Notes under the pieces: generated by a model
Database searches by the model: none
The model's input: the letters and a program-made list of their open reading frames with translations, nothing else
Told to the model about the DNA's origin: nothing
Assembly: GCA_036782195.1 (NCBI GenBank)
Contig: DAIPZN010000070.1
Span: 1 to 23,418 of the forward strand
Source: Cyclobacteriaceae bacterium
GTDB lineage: Bacteria > Bacteroidota > Bacteroidia > Cytophagales > Cyclobacteriaceae
DNA length: 23,418 bases
Reading direction: 5' to 3'
In this document: in pieces, positions 15,583 to 23,418 of the stretch
Numbering within the stretch: the first letter of the stretch is position 1
Layout of the letters: every line of letters begins with the position of its first letter
Made by a program: the position numbers and the translations under genes

Positions 15583-16568
15583 TGGAACCCAAACTAATAA
15601 AAAGAATCGGAGTACTTACTTCTGGGGGTGATGCCCCAGGCATGAACGCAGCCATTCGGGCTGCAGTCAGGGCAGGATTTTATTATAACCTTGAAATGTT
15701 TGGCATTTACAGAGGTTATGAAGGAATGATCCAAAACGACATCAAAAAACTAGATTCAAAAAATATAACCCATGTACTTGAGCGAGGCGGCACATTTCTT
15801 AAATCTGCCAGAAGCGCTGAGTTCAGAACGGTAGAAGGAAGAAAAAAGGCCTACGAAAATCTAAAAAAACACGGAATTGATGCTTTGGTTGTAATAGGTG
15901 GTGACGGTTCACTTACAGGTGCCCATCTGTTTTTCCAGGAATATGGAGTACCGGCAATAGGTATCCCAGGTACGATTGACAACGATTTGGCAGGAACAGA
16001 TCTCACTGTTGGCTTTGACACCGCTTGTAATACCGCTATAGAAGCTATAGACAAAATCAGAGATACTGCTACCTCACATGACAGATTGTTTTTTGTAGAA
16101 GTAATGGGTAGAGATGCTGGGTTTATCGCCATCAACGCAGGAATCGGAAGTGCTGCAGCAGCCATATTGATACCGGAAAAGAAAATGCCTATTGAAAGGC
16201 TCGTTGAAAGGTTGAAGGCAAGGACTAAAGCGATGAAGCAGTCCAATATTGTTATTGTAGCTGAAGGTGGAAAAAGCGGTGGTGCAGCTGAAATTGCAGA
16301 AATGATCAAAAAGCAACTTCCATACTATGATATCAAGGTGACTATCCTGGGCCACTTGCAGCGGGGCGGGGCACCTTCTTCTTATGACAGAGTCTTAGCA
16401 AGTAAACTTGGAGTGGCAGCAGTTGAGGGACTCATGCAGGGCAAATATGATGTAATGGCCGGTGTGATCAATAACAAGATTGTGTATACCCCTATTGCCA
16501 AAGCTATAGTTGGAGACAAAGAACTTGATGAAGAAGATTTCAGAATTGCCAAAATCCTATCTACTTAA
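15582..16568 (+). CDS. pfkA: ATP-dependent 6-phosphofructokinase.
   Basis: The motifs RIGVLTSGGDAPGMNAAIRAAVR, VVIGGDGSLTGA, GIPGTIDNDL and MGRDAGFIA are present, which are classic PfkA motifs. Confidence 0.9.
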   Translation: MEPKLIKRIGVLTSGGDAPGMNAAIRAAVRAGFYYNLEMFGIYRGYEGMIQNDIKKLDSKNITHVLERGGTFLKSARSAEFRTVEGRKKAYENLKKHGIDALVVIGGDGSLTGAHLFFQEYGVPAIGIPGTIDNDLAGTDLTVGFDTACNTAIEAIDKIRDTATSHDRLFFVEVMGRDAGFIAINAGIGSAAAAILIPEKKMPIERLVERLKARTKAMKQSNIVIVAEGGKSGGAAEIAEMIKKQLPYYDIKVTILGHLQRGGAPSSYDRVLASKLGVAAVEGLMQGKYDVMAGVINNKIVYTPIAKAIVGDKELDEEDFRIAKILST

Positions 16569-16590
16569 AAGATAAGCAGACATAAAAAAA

Positions 16591-16624
16591 CCGGGCGCAT
16601 CAGTGCGATATGCCCGGTTTTTTT
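16591..16624. terminator. Rho-independent terminator (CCGGGC ... GCCCGG followed by T7), probably bidirectional between pfkA (+) and the GH13 gene (-).
   Basis: The sequence is aaaaaaaCCGGGCgcatcagtgcgatatGCCCGGttttttt. Confidence 0.55.
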
Positions 16625-16641
16625 ATGCCCTTAGCTAAAGC

Positions 16642-18192
16642 CTACTTTGAAAGTATCACAGAAGAATATGCTCCCAAAGTCAGTTGGCCATTCTCGAGAT
16701 TGACTTGCCCATAGCTGTATACAATCTCCTCGAAATTTTCTGCAACTGTAATGGTTTGGCTCAAATCACTAAGGTTATGGACCACAAACAAGTTCTGCTT
16801 ACTGTGATTCCTGTGATATGCCATAATTGGAGTTGGGTATTCCTGGTCTGGTAGGACTAGGCTTCCCAGAGCCAAAGCACTGTTTACATTTCTCAGTCTG
16901 ATCACTTCTTTATAATGGTTGAAAAAGCTCGTCGTCATTGATTTTTGGATAGCCAAGGGAGTCACAGTTTCATCAATGCTATATTCCGGCTCAATCCAGG
17001 TAACCCTTCCTTTATCATTCAGTTTGATATCCCACAAAAATGGCTCTCTGATATGTTCATCCGGCTTTTTCCCTAACATCCCAATTTCCTCCCCATAATA
17101 AAGATAAGGTGCGCCTGGCATGGACATTAAAATCACAATTGCTTGTTTAAGTTTCTTTGGATTTTCACTTAAGGAATTAAGCAGTCTAGGCTGATCATGG
17201 TTGGAAGAAAACGTAGCATCTATAAAATCATCTGTGATGGCTTGGTAGTAATCGAGGGTCTCCTTTTGCTTCTTGGCCAAAAGCATACCATCCTCTTTCT
17301 CATATGCCTCTATAAGCGTATAATGAAAGTCAAAATTGAACAATGTAGGCAAACCTGGAAGAAAAGGGGCTACAACTTCTTTTTTGTCATACACTTCACC
17401 AACCAAATAAACGTCTGGTTTGATAGCGGTCATTTTTTCTCTGAATTCTTTCCAAAATGCGTGGTTGTCGATAGCCCGATCATCAGGAAAAATATGCTTG
17501 GCAGCATCTAGCCTAAAACCATCCACACCAACTTCCTCCAGCCAGAATCTCCCTATTTCGTAAATCTCTTCTCTAACTTTAGGATTATCGAAATTGAGAT
17601 CAGGCATGTTTCCTACAAAAAAACCATAGTAAAAATCCTCACCGATTCCTGGATCATGCCACTGTCTGATGTTATCACTGTCAAGGGTGATTTTCTTTTT
17701 ATTGATGAATTCTGCTATAGTATCTTTTTGAGCCCATACATAATAATCACGATATGGATTTTCCCTGCCTTTTTTGGCTTCTAAAAACCAAGGATGGTCA
17801 CTACTGGTGTGATTGATGATGAGATCAATGACAATTTTAATATCTTTTTGGTGCGCTTCTTTGATCAGATTTTTAAAATCCTGCATCGTACCATAATCAG
17901 GATGGATATCTTTATAATCTACCACATCATATTTGTGGTAACTGGGTGAAGGCATTATGGGCATAAACCAAATAGCATTGGCTCCGAGTTCTGCTACGTG
18001 GTCCAATTTGCGGATTACGCCATTGATGTCCCCTATTCCATCACCATCAGAATCATAGAAGGACTGTATAAATATTTCGTAAGTGATGCCAGCATGAGGC
18101 CAATGGTTTTCTACTTCATGGTCAAGCTGACTGGTGCAAGCTAAGGAGGCTATCAAAACAGAAAGGATAATTTGGGAATATATCTTTTTCAT
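16642..18192 (-). CDS. GH13-family glycoside hydrolase (alpha-amylase/alpha-glucosidase, oligo-1,6-glucosidase-like subfamily). It is a predicted lipoprotein.
   Basis: A lipoprotein signal is present (MKKIYSQIILSVLIASLAC|TSQ). The GH13 conserved regions are present: DGDGIGDINGVIRKLDHVAELGANAIWFMP, region I (VIDLIINHTSSDHPWF), region II (GVDGFRLDAAKHI) and region III (VYLVGEVY). Confidence 0.8.
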   Translation of the reverse strand: MKKIYSQIILSVLIASLACTSQLDHEVENHWPHAGITYEIFIQSFYDSDGDGIGDINGVIRKLDHVAELGANAIWFMPIMPSPSYHKYDVVDYKDIHPDYGTMQDFKNLIKEAHQKDIKIVIDLIINHTSSDHPWFLEAKKGRENPYRDYYVWAQKDTIAEFINKKKITLDSDNIRQWHDPGIGEDFYYGFFVGNMPDLNFDNPKVREEIYEIGRFWLEEVGVDGFRLDAAKHIFPDDRAIDNHAFWKEFREKMTAIKPDVYLVGEVYDKKEVVAPFLPGLPTLFNFDFHYTLIEAYEKEDGMLLAKKQKETLDYYQAITDDFIDATFSSNHDQPRLLNSLSENPKKLKQAIVILMSMPGAPYLYYGEEIGMLGKKPDEHIREPFLWDIKLNDKGRVTWIEPEYSIDETVTPLAIQKSMTTSFFNHYKEVIRLRNVNSALALGSLVLPDQEYPTPIMAYHRNHSKQNLFVVHNLSDLSQTITVAENFEEIVYSYGQVNLENGQLTLGAYSSVILSK

Positions 18193-18210
18193 ATTGGGTG
18201 GATTAAATGG

Positions 18211-18236
18211 AAAAAGTCACTTTACAGTGACTTTTT
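18211..18236 (-). terminator. Hairpin (AAAAAGTCAC-tttaca-GTGACTTTTT) downstream of fbaA on the minus strand.
   Basis: A 5-bp GTCAC/GTGAC stem, extended by A/T runs on both sides, sits 22 nt after the fbaA stop. It is a weak or leaky terminator, so read-through into the GH13 gene is plausible. Confidence 0.45.
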
Positions 18237-18257
18237 CACAATTCAGAAAGTCTAAAA

Positions 18258-19319
18258 TCAGTTTCTATTAGTAGCATTGAGCATCTCAAACGCCAACTCT
18301 AATCTTTTCACCAAATTCTCCTCTCCCTTTCTCAACCATACTCTTGGATCATAATATTTCTTGTTAGGACTTTCCGGTCCTTCCGGATTCCCTAACTGGC
18401 CTTGAAGGTATCCTTCATTTTTCTGATAGTAGTTTTTGACACCTTCCCAGAATGCCCATTGCATATCGGTATCAATATTCATTTTAATCGAACCATAAGT
18501 ATTCGCTTCTCTGATTTCTTCAACAGTAGAACCTGATCCACCATGGAATACAAAAAACAATGGCTTACCCGTTGTTCCGTATTTCTGATTGATATAATCC
18601 TGTGAATTTTTCAAGATGATAGGCTTAAGGCTGACATTACCAGGCTTATACACTCCATGCACATTACCAAATGCCGCAGCTATGGTGAACAACTCACCAA
18701 CTTGTTTGAGATGTTCGTAGGCATATGCTACATCTTCAGGTTGGGTATAGAGTTTAGAGCTATCGACATCAGTATTGTCTACCCCGTCTTCCTCTCCTCC
18801 TGTGACGCCCAATTCAATTTCTATAGCCATTTCAAGTTTGTGGAACTCTTTGAAATAAGCTACTGATGTTTCTATGTTTTCTTCGACAGATTCTTCTGAA
18901 AGATCGAGCATGTGAGAACTATAAAGCGGCCTCTTATAGGCTTCATAATATGCTTTACCTTCTGCTAACAGACCGTCAATCCAAGGAAGGAGCTTTTTAG
19001 CAGCATGATCAGTGTGCAACACAACTGGAACACCATAAGCTTCAGCCATTTTGTGTACATGCAATGCACCTGAAATACCACCTGCAATACTGGCCTTTTG
19101 ATTTTCATTGCTCAATCCTTTTCCGGCAAAAAACTGTGCTCCTCCATTTGAAAATTGGATAATCACTGGGCTGTTCACTTTTTTAGCCGTTTCTAGTACT
19201 GCATTTACGGTGCTTGTGTTGATGACGTTCACTGCAGGTAATGCAAACTCATTTTCTTTTGCATAAGACAAAAGATCCTTGAGTTCCTCACCATATTTTA
19301 CTCCTGGTTTGAATTTCAT
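18258..19319 (-). CDS. fbaA: Fructose-bisphosphate aldolase, class II.
   Basis: The protein begins MKFKPGVKYGEELKDLLSYAKENEFALPAVNVINTSTVNAVLE and contains HTDHAAKKLLPWIDGLL and FVFHGGSGST, which are class II FBA signatures. Confidence 0.9.
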   Translation of the reverse strand: MKFKPGVKYGEELKDLLSYAKENEFALPAVNVINTSTVNAVLETAKKVNSPVIIQFSNGGAQFFAGKGLSNENQKASIAGGISGALHVHKMAEAYGVPVVLHTDHAAKKLLPWIDGLLAEGKAYYEAYKRPLYSSHMLDLSEESVEENIETSVAYFKEFHKLEMAIEIELGVTGGEEDGVDNTDVDSSKLYTQPEDVAYAYEHLKQVGELFTIAAAFGNVHGVYKPGNVSLKPIILKNSQDYINQKYGTTGKPLFFVFHGGSGSTVEEIREANTYGSIKMNIDTDMQWAFWEGVKNYYQKNEGYLQGQLGNPEGPESPNKKYYDPRVWLRKGEENLVKRLELAFEMLNATNRN

Positions 19320-19342
19320 GATGTTGTTTAAATAGGTTGTTT

Positions 19343-22123
19343 TTATTGTTTTACAAACCGCTTCCTGTGGATTTGGCGGTTATCATTGATCTCAAAGATA
19401 TAAAGACCCGCCTTAATATCCTTTACATCTAACTGTAAATTATTATCTCCCCCTTGTACTTCACCTTCTTTTACTACCAAACCTGAGCTAGAAATTACCC
19501 TGAATGTAAAAGTATTAAGGTGCTCTGGAAGCTGAACTTTAAGCAAATGTGCTGTTGGCACAGGAAATAATTTGATATCTTGATTGGTCTGGCCGGGTTC
19601 AATACTGGTGATCAGATCCTCCATCAAAAATGTACCCTCGGGTTTGGGCAGCTTTTGATTGGTAAACAACCTGAACTCGTTGGCTCGCAATCTGCTCACC
19701 AATACTCCGTTGGTAACCTGGATTTCCTCACCTGTGAAATAGTTGTACCAAGTACCCGATGCAGGAAACAATAGATTGGTATTATTGGCATCTGTCAAAC
19801 CAAAATTACCAAAAAGCACTGCCTCGAATCCAGGTGACTTGAGCCTTATCGATTTGATTTGCTGACTAAGTGACAGAATGGCCTCAGGATCATTAACGAA
19901 TCCAGCTGTTTTTCTAAAAGAAATCATTGCCTGATAAAGCTTCCAAAGCCTCAGCCTTTCTGGATTATCCAGATAGTTCCAACGTGTAGGCTTGATGCCT
20001 AACCGATCATTGTTCAGTTCCAAATCATAACCGAATTCCTCAAACTGCCACAACATCTTTGGTCCCGGGATTGCGAAAAAGAAAGCCGCAAGAAGCTGAT
20101 TTCTATTTACGGCATTTTTGAGTTGCCTGATATTAAGTGGTGATGTGGTGCCGAAAGTAAGTGATTCCCACATCGTTCTTTCTTCATCATGGCTTTCCAT
20201 ATAGGAGACGAGGGTATTTTTGGACCATCCTCTTGTTTTGTAATAGGCCCAATCAAAGTTTCTGGAATTGCCTTTGGCCATTTCCCTGAAGTCATGATTG
20301 ATATTTCCCCAAAACATCAATCCATAATCAGCCAGCTCCCTTTCTTCAGAATTGTCGGCAAAATGCTCTAAGATTACATAGGCATCAGGATGGTTTTTTT
20401 TGATCCCATCAAAGATCCTTTTCCAAATGGCAATACGGGATTCATCTCTCTGACTCCAAAGTCCAACATTGTCCCCGGAATTTACTTGAGTAAAACCTTT
20501 ACTTAAATCAAACCTGAATCCGTCAATTTTGTATTCTTGGAGCCAATAGTTGTTTACAGAGTCAACAAAAGCACTTGTATAGGTACTCTCATGGTTGAAA
20601 TCATACCCCACGTTGAAGGGATGTTTAGCCTGTCGGTTGAACCATGGATTTTCAGAAGTGGGTGCACCATAATCACCATCATTATATAGTCTTACCATTG
20701 GGTTTTGGCCAAAGGCATGATTGAGTACCATGTCGAGGATGATGACCATGTTTCTTTTATGGGCTTCATCAATCAATTCTTTAAGATGATTCTTAGGCCC
20801 ATAAAATTTGTCAACAGCGAAAAAGAAAGAGGGATTATACCCCCATGAGAGATTTCCTTCAAACTCCTGAACTGGCATCAATTCGATGGCATTTATTCCT
20901 AGATCTTTAAGATAATCCAATCGCTCCGTCACTGCTTTAAAAGTTCTTTTATCATCAAAATCCCTAACAAGCAGTTCATAAATTACGAGATCTTCAACTT
21001 TCGGCTTATTGTAATCAACATACTTCCAATCATATTGGGGTTGGGCCGTCTGGAGATAACTAGCCTGAAAAGATGTTTTGTCAGAAGGAAAAGGCTTCAA
21101 TCCAGGGTATCTGTTCTGCTGTATGATCTCGGCATCATGAAAAGGGTCAGAAACTTTTTCTGAATAAGGGTCTCCTATTCGGATCTGCCCGTCTACCAAA
21201 TATTGAAAAATATATTCTTCCCGAGGCGTAAGTCCTTGGATATTCAACCAAAACAATTCACCATCTGGAGTGATGTTCATTTGGTACTCAGGCTTGATCT
21301 CCCAATTGTTAAAATCCCCAATAACATATACATTCTTTTTCCCTGGTGCTTCCAATACAAGACATACTTCAGTTTCAGAGAGGTAATTGATCCCTTTTAA
21401 AATCCCGGACGGTAAAGGTAGTTTTGAACTTGGAGGTACAACATTGATCAGCAATTCCCGATTGGCTTCTTCAGTACCTTTTGTAGCAGATCCCAGTATC
21501 ACATTCGAACCCGGGACGGTAGCTTGAAAATTAAATTCCAGCGCAGTTGCCTGTAATGCCGATGCTACTTGGTTCCCATTGACGCTTAAGGTTAGGTCCG
21601 CAGTTTCGGAAGATAACATGGATACAGTTTGGCTCTCTCCTACTGCCAACATCAGTAGGTCTGTGGTCGGACTGGTGAAAATCACCTGAAAACCCTGACT
21701 GAGGTCTACAAAAATATCTTGATTGGTATCAGATTTACCCTCCTTCGTTCCATCTGCATTTCGAAACACCATCCCCAACCTATAAATTGTCTGTGTACCA
21801 GAAGGTTTAAACAGATCATCAGGAGTTAGCTCCCATTCCCAAAGATCCTGTTGACCAGAAACTTTGGTCATTTTTGCAGCTGTATTGACAGTCCCCCAGC
21901 TGAAAGGTACTATCCCCCAAACTGTAGAGGTAGGCCCTGCAACTACAGCTCCTATATGGATATAAACTGCATCTACTCCGATAAGACCGGTAGTACCCTT
22001 ACTCGCATCGTAGGTGATTTTGATTTTTTGGTTGGACCGAGGAAAAGTGGGGTCTGTAGAAACTTGTGCAATAGACCGAAAAGTGACGAATAAAAACAGA
22101 AAAAACAGTATCCTCAGGCTCAT
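19343..22123 (-). CDS. Large secreted GH13 enzyme (pullulanase/alpha-amylase-like). It has N-terminal carbohydrate-binding region(s) including a CBM48-like module, and a T9SS C-terminal sorting domain.
   Basis: A signal peptide is present (MSLRILFFLFLFVTFRSIAQ). The CBM48 signature is KKNVYVIGDFNNWEIKPEYQMNITPDGELFWLNIQGL. The GH13 regions are VIYELLVRDF, region I (VIILDMVLNHA), region II (IDGFRFDLSKGF), region III (AYVILEHFA) and region IV (YMESHDEER). The final ~75 aa (LFPVPTAHLLKVQLPEHLNTFTFRVISSSGLVVKEGEVQGGDNNLQLDVKDIKAGLYIFEINDNRQIHRKRFVKQ) fit the Por-secretion C-terminal domain pattern. Confidence 0.8.
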   Translation of the reverse strand: MSLRILFFLFLFVTFRSIAQVSTDPTFPRSNQKIKITYDASKGTTGLIGVDAVYIHIGAVVAGPTSTVWGIVPFSWGTVNTAAKMTKVSGQQDLWEWELTPDDLFKPSGTQTIYRLGMVFRNADGTKEGKSDTNQDIFVDLSQGFQVIFTSPTTDLLMLAVGESQTVSMLSSETADLTLSVNGNQVASALQATALEFNFQATVPGSNVILGSATKGTEEANRELLINVVPPSSKLPLPSGILKGINYLSETEVCLVLEAPGKKNVYVIGDFNNWEIKPEYQMNITPDGELFWLNIQGLTPREEYIFQYLVDGQIRIGDPYSEKVSDPFHDAEIIQQNRYPGLKPFPSDKTSFQASYLQTAQPQYDWKYVDYNKPKVEDLVIYELLVRDFDDKRTFKAVTERLDYLKDLGINAIELMPVQEFEGNLSWGYNPSFFFAVDKFYGPKNHLKELIDEAHKRNMVIILDMVLNHAFGQNPMVRLYNDGDYGAPTSENPWFNRQAKHPFNVGYDFNHESTYTSAFVDSVNNYWLQEYKIDGFRFDLSKGFTQVNSGDNVGLWSQRDESRIAIWKRIFDGIKKNHPDAYVILEHFADNSEERELADYGLMFWGNINHDFREMAKGNSRNFDWAYYKTRGWSKNTLVSYMESHDEERTMWESLTFGTTSPLNIRQLKNAVNRNQLLAAFFFAIPGPKMLWQFEEFGYDLELNNDRLGIKPTRWNYLDNPERLRLWKLYQAMISFRKTAGFVNDPEAILSLSQQIKSIRLKSPGFEAVLFGNFGLTDANNTNLLFPASGTWYNYFTGEEIQVTNGVLVSRLRANEFRLFTNQKLPKPEGTFLMEDLITSIEPGQTNQDIKLFPVPTAHLLKVQLPEHLNTFTFRVISSSGLVVKEGEVQGGDNNLQLDVKDIKAGLYIFEINDNRQIHRKRFVKQ

Positions 22124-22150
22124 ATGGGTTTGTATTATTGTGTGAAAGGG

Positions 22151-22223
22151 TAAAAGGCTGTCACTTCTTATGGCAGATTAGATCTTCTGATCTACCCAAC
22201 ACCATTGAAAGTGACAGCCTTTT
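22151..22223. repeat. Perfect 15-bp inverted repeat (AAAAGGCTGTCACTT ... AAGTGACAGCCTTTT) enclosing a nested palindrome (TAGATC-ttct-GATCTA). It is a strong stem-loop, possibly a terminator or attenuator.
   Basis: The arms are at 22151-22165 and 22209-22223, and the inner palindrome is at 22178-22193. On the minus strand the stem is followed by TTTTACCCTTT. It sits between the SusE/F-like gene (ends 22232) and the GH13 start (22123). Confidence 0.5.
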
Positions 22224-22231
22224 AAAATCAG

Positions 22232-23305
22232 TTATTGCAATATCATCAAGTACCTACCATCAAGTGAGTTGAACCAGATTTTGTAGCTGCCGGCTTCTAC
22301 TGGAATATTTGGACCATCTTGGGTTCCCTTACCAGCTAAAGCTGTATTGGCACCCCAATTGACAGTCCAGGCATTGTTTGCTCTAAATTTCATTTCACCA
22401 TTTACCAAGGTAGCTGTGATTGTCCAGATATGCTTATCGAATGTAGATTTTGTCATAGCAGTGCTTGCGTCCCATCCGCCGGGAGTAGCGTTTCCAACTA
22501 TCCCTACTGTAGGATAATCTACTGCAGCGTTACCCGTAAATGGCTCAAGTGTAAAAGTATTGCTTTCCAAATTGGCTGAAAAAGTATAATAACCTGCTGT
22601 AGCCACTTGAAATTCACCCGGATCATTTCCACCACCTGGATTTACTGCCAAAGCATTTCCTCCATTGGTACCCCATTGTGGTTGCCAAGCTCCCAACACT
22701 TCCAACAATTTAAACTGACCAGCAGCAAAATAGCCAGTGTAAGCATATTTGTTTGGGTCAGCAGGATCTCTGAATATAGGGGTATTATTTCCGTTGTTGT
22801 TCCAACCCACACTAGTTGCAGAACCTACCAAGAAGAGATGACGAAAAGGAATAGCATCAAGATAGGTATTGACGGTAATTGTGGCTGTGGCTCCTAGCAA
22901 TGGCGACATTGATCTGGCAGGTACTGCCCGTACTCTAAATTCCATAGGTCCACTTTCCCCTGGCACAATACCCTTTGCAATCGCCTTGGCATTGATTTCA
23001 GAAATTAATACTTCCAAAGTGGTCACTGAAGCAGTAGCCAAATCTGCCGCATTAGCAAAACCATTTCCAGGTCTATCCATTTGGAGCGTGTAAGTGACTG
23101 CAGTGCTTACGCCAAAATCAGCAGGTGAAACATTGAATACTAACTTCTCTTCTGCATCTGCTTTGTTTAAAGTAATGGAACTTGGAGGTGATACAAGATT
23201 GGATCCATTTTGGAGAATAATTCTTGGCTGCTCCATGCTTTGACAGGAGAACAATAGCACAGCAACCAAAACCAGGTTCATGAGCAAATTTGTAATTTTT
23301 TTCAT
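22232..23305 (-). CDS. SusE/SusF-like outer-membrane starch-binding lipoprotein (putative).
   Basis: A lipoprotein signal is present (MKKITNLLMNLVLVAVLLFSC|QS). The protein is Gly/Asn/Thr/Trp-rich with beta-sandwich-like repeats (WGTNGG..., TPGGWDAS..., ANNAWTVNWGAN..., YKIWFNSLDGRYLMI). It lies immediately upstream of amylolytic GH13 genes. I recognise the composition and context rather than an exact motif. Confidence 0.5.
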   Translation of the reverse strand: MKKITNLLMNLVLVAVLLFSCQSMEQPRIILQNGSNLVSPPSSITLNKADAEEKLVFNVSPADFGVSTAVTYTLQMDRPGNGFANAADLATASVTTLEVLISEINAKAIAKGIVPGESGPMEFRVRAVPARSMSPLLGATATITVNTYLDAIPFRHLFLVGSATSVGWNNNGNNTPIFRDPADPNKYAYTGYFAAGQFKLLEVLGAWQPQWGTNGGNALAVNPGGGNDPGEFQVATAGYYTFSANLESNTFTLEPFTGNAAVDYPTVGIVGNATPGGWDASTAMTKSTFDKHIWTITATLVNGEMKFRANNAWTVNWGANTALAGKGTQDGPNIPVEAGSYKIWFNSLDGRYLMILQ

Positions 23306-23418
23306 AATTAGGGTAACTAAGGGTTAATATTGTTTAAATTAAATTTCTCCAAAGTATAATTCAATTATGAGATGATTTGTAACGTTTTCTATAAGCCGTT
23401 ATTTATACTATGGAACTA

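Noticed and set aside
16074-16355. Antisense ORFs inside pfkA (15851-16309, 16074-16355), inside fbaA (18657-18866), inside the large GH13 gene (19580-19774, 20107-20371, 21203-21400, 21851-22093) and inside the SusE/F-like gene (22607-23093).
   Set aside because: All are embedded in well-supported CDSs on the opposite strand or in another frame, and their translations lack motifs. They are spurious.
1-23418. Searched for CRISPR arrays, tandem repeats, IS elements or transposases, integrases, tRNA and rRNA genes, and toxin-antitoxin or defence-system gene pairs.
   Set aside because: I found no direct-repeat arrays, no transposase- or integrase-like ORFs, no tRNA-like cloverleaf candidates in any intergenic region of 75 nt or more, and no small paired ORFs. 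The window looks like core chromosome, not a mobile or defence island.

Overview
Most likely a chromosomal segment from a Bacteroidota genome. Three things point that way: a SusE/SusF-like lipoprotein, a GH13 enzyme ending in a T9SS (Por) C-terminal sorting domain, and a TAnnTTTG-type -7 promoter box. All gene-product calls rest on my recollection of family motifs, not on a database search. I found no rRNA, tRNA, CRISPR array or mobile element.

Genes in order:
- 113-2193 (+): NfeD-like membrane protein, then a flotillin (SPFH/band-7) protein, as an operon.
- 2250-2582 (+): an orphan L-rhamnose-mutarotase-like gene.
- 2701-4162 (+): a small MerR-family regulator whose 3' end overlaps dprA by 20 nt.
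- 4207-5544 (-): ffh.
- 5719-11547 (+): four tightly packed, translationally coupled glycan genes. They encode a YfhO-family GT-C membrane protein, a GT4 glycosyltransferase with an EX7E motif, an FkbM-family methyltransferase and a Wzx-like flippase.
- 11548-12084: a 537-bp ORF-free region rich in palindromes.
- 12085-14983: a stress cluster. It holds a tandem-USP protein (+), an ECF sigma factor (+), a candidate single-TM anti-sigma (+), an LTXXQ Spy/CpxP-like periplasmic protein (+) and mscL (-).
- 15208-16568 (+): mgsA overlapping pfkA.
- 16642-23305 (-): a starch-utilisation cluster. It holds a lipoprotein GH13 alpha-glucosidase/amylase, class II fbaA, a 926-aa CBM48+GH13 enzyme with a T9SS C-terminal domain, and a SusE/F-like lipoprotein. 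SusC/D presumably lie beyond the window edge.

Rho-independent, often bidirectional terminators sit between convergent gene pairs.

The most unusual points are:
- the four-gene coupled glycan module;
- the long ORF-free region with repeated CATG-centred palindromes;
- three consecutive F6P-to-methylglyoxal steps (pfkA, fbaA, mgsA) interleaved with amylolytic genes;
- a T9SS-tagged GH13 enzyme;
- a perfect 15-bp inverted repeat inside the starch cluster.

I found nothing I can defend as a defence or toxin system.
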